DNA of 64,000 bases from Bacteroidota bacterium (GTDB taxonomy: Bacteria > Bacteroidota > Bacteroidia > Chitinophagales > UBA10324): NCBI GenBank assembly GCA_014190575.1, contig BJGQ01000001.1, positions 123,664 to 187,663 of the forward strand, read 5' to 3'. The notes under the pieces are model-generated. The model made no database searches and was not told the origin of the DNA. It saw only the letters and a list, made by a program, of their open reading frames with translations. Both the position numbers and the translations under genes were made by a program. Positions 34,555-44,901 of this stretch are shown piece after piece (positions within the stretch are counted from its first letter, which is position 1; each line of letters opens with the position of its first letter).

Positions 34555-37410
34555 TTAACGGAATTTAATAGTAATCCCAAAACTAAAATGGAATGGAGCA
34601 TCAAATCGTGCCGGATTATCAGGAGGAGTATTAAATGAACGGTAATCTCTCGGATCTATAAATTCAGGATCTCTCCAGTCAGATGGAACAGCATCGCCTT
34701 TATAGTAAGCATTTCCTGTAACCGGATTTATTATCAACGGATTTTTAATATTTAAAATATTGATTGCTTCCAATGTAAATGAAATATCAATTCTTCTAAT
34801 TTTTATCCATTTGCGCAATGTGGCATTCAGCCAAAATGATGGGACAGAGATTTTATTGAATTGATGTTCAGGATTTCCATCAATATTATAAATTGGCCTT
34901 CCAGAATATTCTTCGAGTCCTTCAAAGAGGTACGGTGTATATCTTTTTCCTGTTCTGAAAATTGCTTCGGTATAGAAACTGAAGTGGTTAAATATCTTAG
35001 AATTGAATAAGCCCTTATTTTTATTTACAGTGAAAATGGCAAACCCTTTTGCATCAATTGGTGAGTCCCATGCAAGCGGAGTTTCCTTTGTGCTTACTGA
35101 ATTTCCAGTTGCTAAAATTTGTGCTAAGCTTTGTGAAGCTGATGAACTTTGGCCTGATGCAGCACTGTATGAAAATGAAAGTTGACCACTAAACCATTTA
35201 GCTACACGCTTAATGTATCCGATTTCAAAACCACGCACCCGAGCATAATCAGCGTTTATTCTTATGGTGCGAGCAACTTCTCTTCCAGTTGCATCTTTTA
35301 AATAAAGAGTATTGCTAGTTATGAAATCGTATTTGTCTTTCCAGTATGCTGAAACATTTAAAGCATCATTACTTCCTATTTGCGATTTCAATCCTAACTC
35401 ATAGGAGATATCAACTTCGGGATTCAAATCAGGATTTCCAACGCGCGCAAGAGTTGACCGATCAGCATAATAGGGATCAAGACTGGTGTATATATATGAT
35501 GGGTGTGGCTCAACCATACTGTGCCCATAGTTAAAATACATAACCTGATTTTCTTTTATTGGAAAACTAGCAGCGAGTTTCGGCAACATTCGCATTTTCA
35601 TTCTGCTTCCAAAAACACTTACTGTGTGCTTTAAATATTCTTCTCGTATTGCATCAGCAATTGGTGCATTAACATTTTCTATTGCATCATTCAAAAATTT
35701 TCCGGCAAACCAATATTCATATCTCAATCCAATATCAGCAATTAACCCGCGGAATTTATATTTATCAGAAACATAAAAAGCTCCTCGAACCGGTACTACA
35801 TGCCAAGCATCACTCAAATCTCCAAGGCGAAATGATTGGGTGTAATTTCCATCTGGCAATTGAATAGGAGCACCTATCCAAGGTCGAGTAATATCAATCC
35901 ATTGCATTTCTCTTCTTTTTAATTCGCCTCCCACATAAAATCGATTAGTAGTGTTTTTGGAGTAAAAAGTTGCTGAAGATTTTAAAGTATATTCTTCTAC
36001 AAAGTGATCGTGCCATAAAGTTGCAATTCCATCATTATTAAATAATCCGGGTCCGGGCAAAACAAAAACAATACTATCATCCGGATTAAAATACTGTGTT
36101 GGAAATGTAACGATGCTAGATGGATCAAATTCGCTGTTTACTTGTTGTGGTCTCCAGTCTCTTCCATTGGCATCAGCACGGAGGTGAACAAACAATCGAG
36201 ATAAAGTTATTCTATAGGAGAAGGATGGTTTTGGTGTTTGGATCCAAACCAATGTTTCAAGATTGGTATCGTGCGTATAAGAATTTGCATTATCAGGTTG
36301 CAAGGCGAAATTAAATTGATATCCAGGAGCAAATCCAACATCATTTCCAGTAATACGAAGCATATTAAAATCCTGATTGATGGTTAGGCTTTTTAAATAA
36401 GTGAACGATAACTTTTTAGTCGATGAATAATCATAGTTGATTTTAAACATTCCTGCCCAACGATTATCTTCAAACGGACTCCAGAATGTATTGGGGTAAA
36501 TTGATGAAACTACTTGTTCGGCAGGATTATGAAAATAATTATCAGTAAAATTAAATTTGAATGAGGTATAGTATTTCAATTTCGGTACAGCAACTTTTTT
36601 AAATTTTAATGGACCACCCAGTCCAAATTCGTAAATGGAATTATTGAAAGTTGAATTCCAATCTTTATTAAAACCAAAGTTGTCGCGCTTATGCGAAGCA
36701 TTTATTGAAAATTTATCTCCACCACTTTTTGTTTTTGCATTCACAGTGCCTGAAGTGGAGTTTCCGTATTCAACCGACGAACTGCTGGTGCTAACTTCTA
36801 TATCATCAATGGCATTGCTGCCTAAATCAATTCCGAACCCGGTGCCTGCAAGTGGATCTGTGGCTGATACATCGTCAATAAAAAATCCGGTTTCATAAGT
36901 GCGACCTCCACGAATGTGAATACCTTCAGCATTTTGAACTACACCGGAAGATGTATTTATAATGCCTTGTATTTGTCGAGACGGTGCTGATTCAATTTGA
37001 TCCTTGCCAATTTTTTGAGTGCTCTTTGAATCTTCAACATCAACTAATGGTTTCTCTCCTATTACAATTATATTATCATCAAGTGTTATAGCACTAACGC
37101 CCATTTGCACATCAAGTTTTTTTTCTTCCCCGCCTGAAATTTTTATACCGGTTATAAAAATGCGTTCATAACCAAGATAACTGCATTCAATATTATATAT
37201 GCCATTTGGGATATTATTTATGGAATAATTACCATCAATATCAGTAACAGTTCCAAAGGATGTTCCTTTTAATGCAATTGTAACACCAATGAGGGTGCTT
37301 TTATCTGCTTTATCTGTAACGGTTCCGGAAATTTTTCCTGCCTTCTGAGCGAAGAGAAATTGAACAGAAAGCAACATAAAAACTACTACTGCTACTATTT
37401 TATTTGACAT
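34555..37410 (-). CDS. TonB-dependent receptor with N-terminal carboxypeptidase-regulatory-like domain
   Basis: 951 aa with a signal peptide. 'GKISGTVTDKADKSTLIGVTIALKGTSFGTVTDIDGNYSINNIPNGIYNIECSYLGYE' is the CarboxypepD_reg-like domain, followed by plug and beta-barrel regions. No SusD-like gene is adjacent. Confidence 0.9.
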   Translation of the reverse strand: MSNKIVAVVVFMLLSVQFLFAQKAGKISGTVTDKADKSTLIGVTIALKGTSFGTVTDIDGNYSINNIPNGIYNIECSYLGYERIFITGIKISGGEEKKLDVQMGVSAITLDDNIIVIGEKPLVDVEDSKSTQKIGKDQIESAPSRQIQGIINTSSGVVQNAEGIHIRGGRTYETGFFIDDVSATDPLAGTGFGIDLGSNAIDDIEVSTSSSSVEYGNSTSGTVNAKTKSGGDKFSINASHKRDNFGFNKDWNSTFNNSIYEFGLGGPLKFKKVAVPKLKYYTSFKFNFTDNYFHNPAEQVVSSIYPNTFWSPFEDNRWAGMFKINYDYSSTKKLSFTYLKSLTINQDFNMLRITGNDVGFAPGYQFNFALQPDNANSYTHDTNLETLVWIQTPKPSFSYRITLSRLFVHLRADANGRDWRPQQVNSEFDPSSIVTFPTQYFNPDDSIVFVLPGPGLFNNDGIATLWHDHFVEEYTLKSSATFYSKNTTNRFYVGGELKRREMQWIDITRPWIGAPIQLPDGNYTQSFRLGDLSDAWHVVPVRGAFYVSDKYKFRGLIADIGLRYEYWFAGKFLNDAIENVNAPIADAIREEYLKHTVSVFGSRMKMRMLPKLAASFPIKENQVMYFNYGHSMVEPHPSYIYTSLDPYYADRSTLARVGNPDLNPEVDISYELGLKSQIGSNDALNVSAYWKDKYDFITSNTLYLKDATGREVARTIRINADYARVRGFEIGYIKRVAKWFSGQLSFSYSAASGQSSSASQSLAQILATGNSVSTKETPLAWDSPIDAKGFAIFTVNKNKGLFNSKIFNHFSFYTEAIFRTGKRYTPYLFEGLEEYSGRPIYNIDGNPEHQFNKISVPSFWLNATLRKWIKIRRIDISFTLEAINILNIKNPLIINPVTGNAYYKGDAVPSDWRDPEFIDPRDYRSFNTPPDNPARFDAPFHFSFGITIKFR

Positions 37411-37565
37411 AATTTTTATTGCAAATTTTCACAGGGCTAAATGTAATCCAATGGAATAATCTTTATATGAAGTTGGATGTTATAAAATAATTATTTCAAA
37501 CTAAATATTTCAATTCTTTATAAGAATTTAATAATTCGTTTAGTAGTTAAGTAGCTTTAACTGAT

Positions 37566-38687
37566 TCATATTTCATTTGATTTATTTTTTGAAATATTCT
37601 GGTGCTTTTTTTCTAATTTCAAAATTATTTTCTTGCCAAAACTTTGAAAAGGAACTTCCACTATTTTATATAAAAAAGTAGAAATTAAAATTGAAATTAT
37701 AACTACAATAAAAAACTTTAAAAAATAATTTACTGTTCCAATTTCTGAAACAACATCTAATTTAAAATAATTGAGCCAATGCAAAACTGCAAAATGCACG
37801 AGATACATGCTAAAACTAATTTTACCTATAAAAGTGATTACCCTATTAACAAACAGAAAAGAATTATACCTGCTTATTGAAACTGCAAACAAGAAAAAAA
37901 CAAGACCAAAAATCACATGGCGCTCAAAAATTAAACTCGAATTTGTTACTAATTGTAAATAGGCTAATACACAAAGAGCCAAAACAGAATTAGCAGAAAT
38001 TTTTGAGAGTTCTTGCTTTTCAATAACAACGAAATACAATAAAATTCCCAAGCTAAAAATTGGTAACTGTCTTGGAAAATAGAAAAATAAATATCCATTC
38101 CAAAACTGTTCATTGCCAATTAATGGATACTTTATAAAAAAATAAGTCACTACCAATTTTATAATCAGACTTAAAATAAAGAAGTTGAATGCCTGGTTAA
38201 TATTTTTTATTCTTAAAAACAAAATAGGAAGCAAAGCATAAAAAATCATTTCAATGGCAATCGACCATCCGCCGGGAACGAGACTGTTTACCCAATAAGG
38301 ATTAAACCCATGAGTGAAAGTAATGTTGGATATAATATTTGAAATAGTTATTTCGGTTTTATCACCAAGCCAGTACCGAGGCCCAAATCCATCTTGAAGC
38401 AGGTAATAAAAAATTGCCAGGTAATACATTGGGGCAATTCTAAAAAACCGTCTAATAAAAAAATTTCTTACCGGATTAATTTCATTTTTATATCTGGTGT
38501 TAAAGGAAATATAAAGAGTAAAGGCACTGGTTAGAAAAAACAATTGCACACCATAAATACCTGAAGATGAAATTTTATTTAGAATTTCAGGAGCTAATAG
38601 ATGCCTTCCAATCTGATTTGAATGAAACAATATAACTGCCAGCACCGCAATACCTCTCAGTGAATCTACATATTCTAACTTTTTCAT
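37566..38687 (-). CDS. acyltransferase family 3 integral membrane protein
   Basis: 373 aa. It carries the 'LEYVDSLRGIAVLAVILFH' N-terminal motif and about 10 hydrophobic segments. Confidence 0.85.
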   Translation of the reverse strand: MKKLEYVDSLRGIAVLAVILFHSNQIGRHLLAPEILNKISSSGIYGVQLFFLTSAFTLYISFNTRYKNEINPVRNFFIRRFFRIAPMYYLAIFYYLLQDGFGPRYWLGDKTEITISNIISNITFTHGFNPYWVNSLVPGGWSIAIEMIFYALLPILFLRIKNINQAFNFFILSLIIKLVVTYFFIKYPLIGNEQFWNGYLFFYFPRQLPIFSLGILLYFVVIEKQELSKISANSVLALCVLAYLQLVTNSSLIFERHVIFGLVFFLFAVSISRYNSFLFVNRVITFIGKISFSMYLVHFAVLHWLNYFKLDVVSEIGTVNYFLKFFIVVIISILISTFLYKIVEVPFQSFGKKIILKLEKKHQNISKNKSNEI

Positions 38688-39086
38688 AATGCATGATAAA
38701 TAGTAAACATAATTTTTTCACTTTTAAATATGCAATTTTAAAATTGAATTATGCTAAACAAAAACCAAAACAGGATTTTATTCAACTATGATGTATTGAA
38801 ATAATGAATTGAATTGAAATAAAGAATTTTGAATTGGTTTTAGTTAAACTAATTGAACTTACAACTTAAAAAAGTTCATCAAGTATATCAATCAAATTTT
38901 TTAACCAAAGTATAATTCGGTTCCAATCAAAATATGTGACATACTTATAAATTCCTGAAAATTTTTCAGTAATGAATTGAATAATAAGAAATTTCATTTT
39001 TTACTGGAAATTAATTGATTCTAATATTTACTATTTAATTACCTATAAGTTTCAATAATTAAATACGAAATATTTTTAAAATCAAA

Positions 39087-42000
39087 TCAAGCAACTTTCC
39101 GTTTTGATTCATCAAGAAAGAATTGCAATTCATTCATCAGTTTTTCAACCGATGTTTTTGCTAAAGCATATATTTCATCAATATTTTCCCAGCTATTTTC
39201 TTTTCCCATGGCTTCGAGTATGAATAATAAATCGCCGGTTGCTTTTGCACCGAATGGTGAAATGCTACCGCGCATTTTGTGTGTGATGCGGTTGAGGTCG
39301 AATGATTCGCGTATTGCAATTGCCTTATCGAGTGAATCGAGCTGAGGTGTTACACTTTTTAAAAACATTTTTATAAGTTCGCTCATCAACATTTTATCGC
39401 CAACACATTGTTCGCTGAAAAAATCGAGGTTGAAAAACTGAAAAGAATTCTCCTCGTCTTTTGTTACCTGTTGTTCGGCCTCTTTCATTGCAATTTCTTT
39501 CCCTTCGAACAACTTCGCCATTACTTTAAAAACCTCATCGGTTTTAATGGGTTTACTCACATAATCATCCATGCCTACTTCAATGCAACGATCGCGGTGC
39601 ATTTTCATAGCGTGTGCGGTCATGGCAATAATGGGTATGTGCTCTCCTGTAACAGTTTCTGCATCGCGAATTCTTAAAGTGGTTTCATAGCCATCCAATT
39701 CCGGCATCTGCACATCCATAAAAATCAAATCGAACTTATCTTTTTGCATCAGATCGAGCACTTCCAATCCGTTATTAGCGAGTGTTACTTTAAATCCGTT
39801 TTTCTCCAATACAGTTATCGCAAGTTTCTGATTGATTAAATCATCTTCAGCCAATAAAGTATTGAGCGACCTATGCTGGTAAACTTTTACTGTTTGAGTT
39901 TGAGAAGCACTATTTACATTTTCGCAAATTGACTTTCCGAACAGATGGAACAATTCATCGAGCAATTCCTGATAGGTAACCGGCTTGGCCATGAATGCCG
40001 TAACATTTAAACGCTGACGCTCACTTTGATCAATGTTATCGGCAACACTTGACATTACAAATATTTTTGTGGTACTGAAGTTCGAGTTCTCTCTCATTTT
40101 ACGAGCTACATCCCATCCATCCATACCAGGCATCTGAATATCGAGCAACATTAAATCGTAAGGTCTTCCGTCATTATAGGCTTTACTTAATTCAAATAAT
40201 GCGTTTCGACCACTATCAGCACAAACGATCTGATCAACAAGATTGCGTAGTTGTCCTTCCAATATTCTTCGGTTGGTAATGTTGTCGTCAACTATCAACA
40301 CTTTTAATTTCCGCAATACTTCAAAGTCGGCAGGCAAGTACCGAGTGATGTTTTGTCCAATTCCGAATTCAGCATTGAAATGAAATTCACTTCCTTTTCC
40401 AAATTCACTTGATACATAAATATCTCCCTGCATTAACCCGATTAATTTCCGGGTAATGGTTAATCCCAAACCTGTTCCGCCAAACTTGCGTGTAGTAGAT
40501 CCATCAGCTTGTGTGAACGGTTCGAAAATAGATTTCAATTTTGTTTCTGGAATTCCCATTCCTGTATCACTGATGGTGAAATCAATTACTGATTTTCCGT
40601 TTTCAGTTTTATTCAGCCTTGCACGCAATCCAATCTCACCGTTCTCAGTAAACTTTAATGCATTGCCTACAAGGTTAATCATGATTTGACGCAAACGACC
40701 TGCATCACCAACAATTACTTTCGGAATCTCTTCGTCAATGTCCAAGATCATTTCGATGCTCTTATTCTTTTTACGCAAGGCAAGCAGCTTCATTGTTTTA
40801 CTCATCATGTCGCGTAAATCGAAATCAATTTCTTCGAGTTCCATTTTACCAGCTTCAATTTTACTGAAGTCAAGTATGTCGTTAATTACAATTAATAAAT
40901 TATCTGCTGATGTTTTTACCAGCTCTAAATATTCGCGTTGTTCTTCGGTGCAATTTGTGGCGAGTGTGAGTTCGGTCATTCCCATAATTCCGTTCATAGG
41001 TGTACGGATCTCGTGACTCATGTTTGCGAGAAATTCACTCTTTGCAAGATTTGCACTCTCAGCCAATTCCTTCGCCTGACGCAACTCTTCTTCAAATTGT
41101 TTTTGTGCCGTCACATCTTGTCCGGTTCCACGGAAACCAACCACTTCATTTTGTTCATTTACCATCGGAGTTCCGCTAATACGCATAAATCCAATAGAAC
41201 CATCCTTTCTTACAAATTTAAATTCGACATTCTTAAATGACTGTGTTGTTTTCGCAAACTCATGAAACAAATCTTTTATTTTACTTAGATCATCCTCTCC
41301 AATAATTTCAATGAACGAAGAGCCAATGCATTCGTCAATTGTGTACCCGGTAGCTTCTAATATTTTAGAAGAGATGTAAAGAACATTTGAACTAATGTCT
41401 GTTTCCCATACAAATTCTCCCGCAGCTTCGGTAACATCAATAAATCTTTTTTCACTATTACGCAATGCCTGTTCTTTCTGCTGTCGCATTTCAATTTCAT
41501 AATGCAAATCTTCTTTTTGCTTGAAGAAATTAATAATGAGTTGTGCCAGTTTTCCGAATTCATTTTTGAATTTTGAAAGTTTCAAAATTGAAACCGGACT
41601 ATTGTTATTTAAACTTTGCGAAATGTGAAACAGCGGATTGCGAACCCAACTGATAAATGCTCCTGTAACTAATGAAAATAAAATGATACAGAAAATAATA
41701 AATACCGCACTGGTGTTAAGATTACTTGTATTTAACTGCGAATAAAATGGAGTAGGATAATTAATTATTGTATGCGCAATTACAGAGCCATCAAATCCCG
41801 AGTAATTACGAGAACTAACCAATGTACCATTTGTGTGGACTAACTTAATTTCAGAATCAGAATGAAAATTAGACGAATCAAAAGAAACATTTATAAAAGC
41901 CGAATTCAGATCTCCTAGTTCTTTCATATATTTATCATCCCAGAGTTTTGCCACAAATAAATATCCCGAAGGAGCGTCCTTTCTATCGTTATCCAAGGTG

Positions 42001-42542
42001 CCCTGAATGCATGCACCGCGCACTTCCATTAAATCACCATTTTTAGTTTTGATAAAAAAGTGTGTGAAGCAATTCCCTTTTCCTTCGTTTTGTTTTAAAA
42101 ATGCTTTTGATAAATCAAATCGCGAGAGTGGAATTTTAGTGGTTGTATCTTCATCAAAATCTTCGTGCGCATACAAGCAACTGTAGTTGATATCATAAAC
42201 CCATACACCACAAAATTTATATTGTCCCAATAAAAAATCAATGCTGTTTTCTTCAAACTCTTTTTTCTTTTCGGTTTCTGATTCGGTAAGTATTGCGGCA
42301 GATGCAAGTTTTGTATAGTCAACCATTTCATCCCAGATTGAATATTCGTAACTGGCAATCATGTATAAACTATGTGATTTCAAATCGAGAATCTTATCGT
42401 AGATACTGTCTTTTTCGGCTAATCGGTTTTTAAGCAGCAGCGACATTTTATCCTCATCCGATTTCCGCATATAGGTAATCGTCAATATTCCACCCGTGAG
42501 GATAATGGAAAGCAGTAAGATAATTCGTATCTCGATTTTCAT
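39087..42542 (-). CDS. hybrid sensor histidine kinase / response regulator (periplasmic sensor-TM-PAS-HisKA-HATPase-REC-REC-HPt)
   Basis: 1151 aa. There is an N-terminal TM segment, a ~250-aa extracytoplasmic region (possibly CHASE4-like) and a second TM segment 'AVFIIFCIILFSLVTGAFISWV'. A PAS-like region follows. The H-box is 'MSHEIRTPMNGI', the G-boxes 'DTGMGI' and 'GGTGLGL'. Two receivers are marked by 'LIVDDN...LLDIQMPGMDG' and 'LLAEDD...FMDVQMPELDG'. The C-terminal HPt contains 'THKMRGS'. Confidence 0.9.
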   Translation of the reverse strand: MKIEIRIILLLSIILTGGILTITYMRKSDEDKMSLLLKNRLAEKDSIYDKILDLKSHSLYMIASYEYSIWDEMVDYTKLASAAILTESETEKKKEFEENSIDFLLGQYKFCGVWVYDINYSCLYAHEDFDEDTTTKIPLSRFDLSKAFLKQNEGKGNCFTHFFIKTKNGDLMEVRGACIQGTLDNDRKDAPSGYLFVAKLWDDKYMKELGDLNSAFINVSFDSSNFHSDSEIKLVHTNGTLVSSRNYSGFDGSVIAHTIINYPTPFYSQLNTSNLNTSAVFIIFCIILFSLVTGAFISWVRNPLFHISQSLNNNSPVSILKLSKFKNEFGKLAQLIINFFKQKEDLHYEIEMRQQKEQALRNSEKRFIDVTEAAGEFVWETDISSNVLYISSKILEATGYTIDECIGSSFIEIIGEDDLSKIKDLFHEFAKTTQSFKNVEFKFVRKDGSIGFMRISGTPMVNEQNEVVGFRGTGQDVTAQKQFEEELRQAKELAESANLAKSEFLANMSHEIRTPMNGIMGMTELTLATNCTEEQREYLELVKTSADNLLIVINDILDFSKIEAGKMELEEIDFDLRDMMSKTMKLLALRKKNKSIEMILDIDEEIPKVIVGDAGRLRQIMINLVGNALKFTENGEIGLRARLNKTENGKSVIDFTISDTGMGIPETKLKSIFEPFTQADGSTTRKFGGTGLGLTITRKLIGLMQGDIYVSSEFGKGSEFHFNAEFGIGQNITRYLPADFEVLRKLKVLIVDDNITNRRILEGQLRNLVDQIVCADSGRNALFELSKAYNDGRPYDLMLLDIQMPGMDGWDVARKMRENSNFSTTKIFVMSSVADNIDQSERQRLNVTAFMAKPVTYQELLDELFHLFGKSICENVNSASQTQTVKVYQHRSLNTLLAEDDLINQKLAITVLEKNGFKVTLANNGLEVLDLMQKDKFDLIFMDVQMPELDGYETTLRIRDAETVTGEHIPIIAMTAHAMKMHRDRCIEVGMDDYVSKPIKTDEVFKVMAKLFEGKEIAMKEAEQQVTKDEENSFQFFNLDFFSEQCVGDKMLMSELIKMFLKSVTPQLDSLDKAIAIRESFDLNRITHKMRGSISPFGAKATGDLLFILEAMGKENSWENIDEIYALAKTSVEKLMNELQFFLDESKRKVA

Positions 42543-42548
42543 GGTGTA

Positions 42549-43337
42549 TTAAAATTCGGCACCAATTGAAATGGCTATATTCAATTGATTAGTGTTTAAG
42601 TAATTTTTAAAATCAGATCCAATTATGTGAAAGAAGTTGAATGAAGGTTTTATGTAAATCGTTTCATTTAATTTCTGTTTTGTGTATCCGTTAATATCAA
42701 TTAATTTATAAAATGAAATTGTATTGTTTGCTTCATTTTCGAAAATGTTAAAGTCTGAAAACTTCTTATTTCCTGTTCCGAAAGCAATGTTTGCAACAGT
42801 ATGTGACTTATTAGTTTCATGGTCATACGAAAATCCGGTTTCAGAAAACGCCCCCCCTGCATTTAATAAAATATCAGTTGAAGGGTTTATAAATATTCCA
42901 AAGTCGCCTTTATAAAATCCTGCAAACAATGATGCTTCCGCGGTAGCTGTAAAAGATTTTTTAATTGGATATGTATAAAGTAAAAGCGCAGGTTCAAAAT
43001 AAAAATTACCAGCCTCAATTGATTTTGAAATTGAATAATCTATTTCCTGAGAAACTGAGTTCCCTTTTGTTTCTAAAATGCTGGTTGAGTTCCAACAATT
43101 AAATGTGAACCCCTTGTATGATAGGTTAATTGATGGTTGAAGAATTAAACCGTGATTGAATTCTATGCCACGCCACACATAAGAATTTGTAAAAGCTGAT
43201 TCAACAGAAATTAATAATTGTGATTCAGTGTTTTGAGATGTGTCGGCATATGTAGTTTTTGTGCCACCACCTTCCTGTGCAAATACAATAGAAGAAATGA
43301 AAGTAAAACCAAGTGTTTTTAGTATAGTTTTTTTCAC
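42549..43337 (-). CDS. putative outer-membrane beta-barrel porin, TorF/Gcw_chp-like
   Basis: 262 aa with a GTG start. The signal peptide ends 'SIVFAQ' and the C-terminal residue is aromatic ('IGAEF'). 'SVESAFTNSYVWRGIEFNHGLILQPSINLSYKGFTFNCWNS' resembles the 'SDYvFRGisq...aiQg..d....GfY.g.WaS' signature of the TorF/Gcw_chp family, recalled from memory. The stop lies 6 nt before the hybrid HK start. Confidence 0.55.
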   Translation of the reverse strand: MKKTILKTLGFTFISSIVFAQEGGGTKTTYADTSQNTESQLLISVESAFTNSYVWRGIEFNHGLILQPSINLSYKGFTFNCWNSTSILETKGNSVSQEIDYSISKSIEAGNFYFEPALLLYTYPIKKSFTATAEASLFAGFYKGDFGIFINPSTDILLNAGGAFSETGFSYDHETNKSHTVANIAFGTGNKKFSDFNIFENEANNTISFYKLIDINGYTKQKLNETIYIKPSFNFFHIIGSDFKNYLNTNQLNIAISIGAEF

Positions 43338-43428
43338 AAAAAAGGTGTTTTGTCTTTTCAGATTACACCTCTTTACTTACATATTTTATAAAAGTTGTGG
43401 CCTTTAGTTAAAAAGGATTATCAATTAA

Positions 43429-44106
43429 TTATTCAGTTTTTCGAAATGGAGAGCTCTGTTGATGCAAACGAATTGCTTTCTGAGAAAAAACGATTCCATA
43501 TCTTAAAGACAGCAAAGCTCCGATTGCCATGCCGGGATAATAATTGATAAACAGAAAAAAATCATACGCACCATGTAATAATGCTGCATACGCAATTGCT
43601 TTTAATCCAAAGTTTCGATTTAGAGTATCAAATTTTTTCAATCCTAAATAATAACCCATCACAACTCCAAAGGTTGCATGGGCAGGAACGGCGGTCACCA
43701 TTCTTAACAAAGCGGTTTCCATTCCACCATTGTTCAATACATATATCAAATTTTCAACTGTCGCAAAGCCCATTGAAACCATAACGCTATAAGTTATGCC
43801 ATCAAATGGTTCGTTGAATGATTTGTGCGGATACAAAAAATAACGAGTCATAAAATATTTTGAACCTTCTTCTGCTAATCCAACAACCAGAACTGCATTT
43901 ACCGCGTTTGATAAAAGATATATCGGAATTGATTTAGAATAACCTGAAAAAAATTCCTCCAAAACAATTGCCGGAATAATACTAATTGCACCAAGCAAAA
44001 AACTTAAAGCCAGTAAGCGCTTTGGTTCCCGGTCAAATTTATCTTTCCAATAAATAAAAATCATAATTGCTAAACCAGGAGCAAGTGCAAGCGCTATCAA
44101 AATCAT
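43429..44106 (-). CDS. PrsW-family intramembrane protease
   Basis: 225 aa and polytopic. It carries the 'GLAEEGSKY' (EExxK/R) and 'PAHATFG' (HxxxD/x) type motifs characteristic of PrsW. Confidence 0.8.
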   Translation of the reverse strand: MILIALALAPGLAIMIFIYWKDKFDREPKRLLALSFLLGAISIIPAIVLEEFFSGYSKSIPIYLLSNAVNAVLVVGLAEEGSKYFMTRYFLYPHKSFNEPFDGITYSVMVSMGFATVENLIYVLNNGGMETALLRMVTAVPAHATFGVVMGYYLGLKKFDTLNRNFGLKAIAYAALLHGAYDFFLFINYYPGMAIGALLSLRYGIVFSQKAIRLHQQSSPFRKTE

Positions 44107-44139
44107 CTTTCAGAATATTTATTCATAAATACAAATGAA

Positions 44140-44901
44140 TTAAAAAGTTGCGCTATCAATTTCATTTATATAAGTCAAAAACAATTTCATTGCCTTTGTT
44201 TTTTCATCATCAAGAATAAAATCAATTCCATTCGTGAGGTAATCTTTCACATCAATTGAACTATAATTTACTTGTTCTTCAATTACAACTTTGCCAATAG
44301 AGTTAACCCCGAATTGAAATGCGCTTGTTAATTCAACTTCAATATCGTCAGGAATTTTAGTTGCACTAATCCACGCTGCAAATACAAAAGGAAGGTTTGT
44401 CAACTTCTTCCATTCTACACTTAAATCATAAACAAACGGAAATTTATTTTTTAACTCAAGCGCTCTGTCACCAATAACCAATGCAGCTGTTTTATCTTTT
44501 ATATTTTGCTCGTACCCTTCATTTGTTGAAACAAATTCAGGTTTCAGTTTCCAATGCTTCTGCATTAAAATTTTGGTAAGCATTACAGAAGTGCGAGATT
44601 GATAATCGAGTAAGACTGTTGTACACTTTTCAATGGGCAATTCAGAAAACAAGCAAACCGATTGAACCGAACCATTGGCTCCTATACAAAACCCCTTGAG
44701 CAAATAATATTCTTTCATTTGAGAAAGCACTGCAACCGGAACCAATGCTAAATCAACTTCGCCATTTAATAATTGAATTGCAATGTTTGCAGGTGTATCA
44801 ACTGAATATTCAATTTCAGAATTGAAAGGATAATTTTTTAAACCATACAAAAATGGTTTCGAGTTCAAATAAGAAACAGAGGCAATTTTATACTTCGACA
44901 T
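44140..44901 (-). CDS. mqnA: chorismate dehydratase MqnA (futalosine pathway)
   Basis: 253 aa. 'KIASVSYLNSKPFLYGL...LLNGEVDLALVP' matches the MqnA/MqnD periplasmic-binding-like fold family. It lacks the 'CPND' N-terminal motif I associate with MqnD. Confidence 0.75.
   Translation of the reverse strand: MSKYKIASVSYLNSKPFLYGLKNYPFNSEIEYSVDTPANIAIQLLNGEVDLALVPVAVLSQMKEYYLLKGFCIGANGSVQSVCLFSELPIEKCTTVLLDYQSRTSVMLTKILMQKHWKLKPEFVSTNEGYEQNIKDKTAALVIGDRALELKNKFPFVYDLSVEWKKLTNLPFVFAAWISATKIPDDIEVELTSAFQFGVNSIGKVVIEEQVNYSSIDVKDYLTNGIDFILDDEKTKAMKLFLTYINEIDSATF

Noticed and set aside
39408-42358. Multiple short ORFs, antisense or out of frame, within the hybrid kinase gene (e.g. 40456-40689, 40738-41016, 40938-41240, 42095-42358)
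   Set aside because: They are embedded in a continuous 1151-aa ORF with ordered, recognisable domains, so they are spurious.
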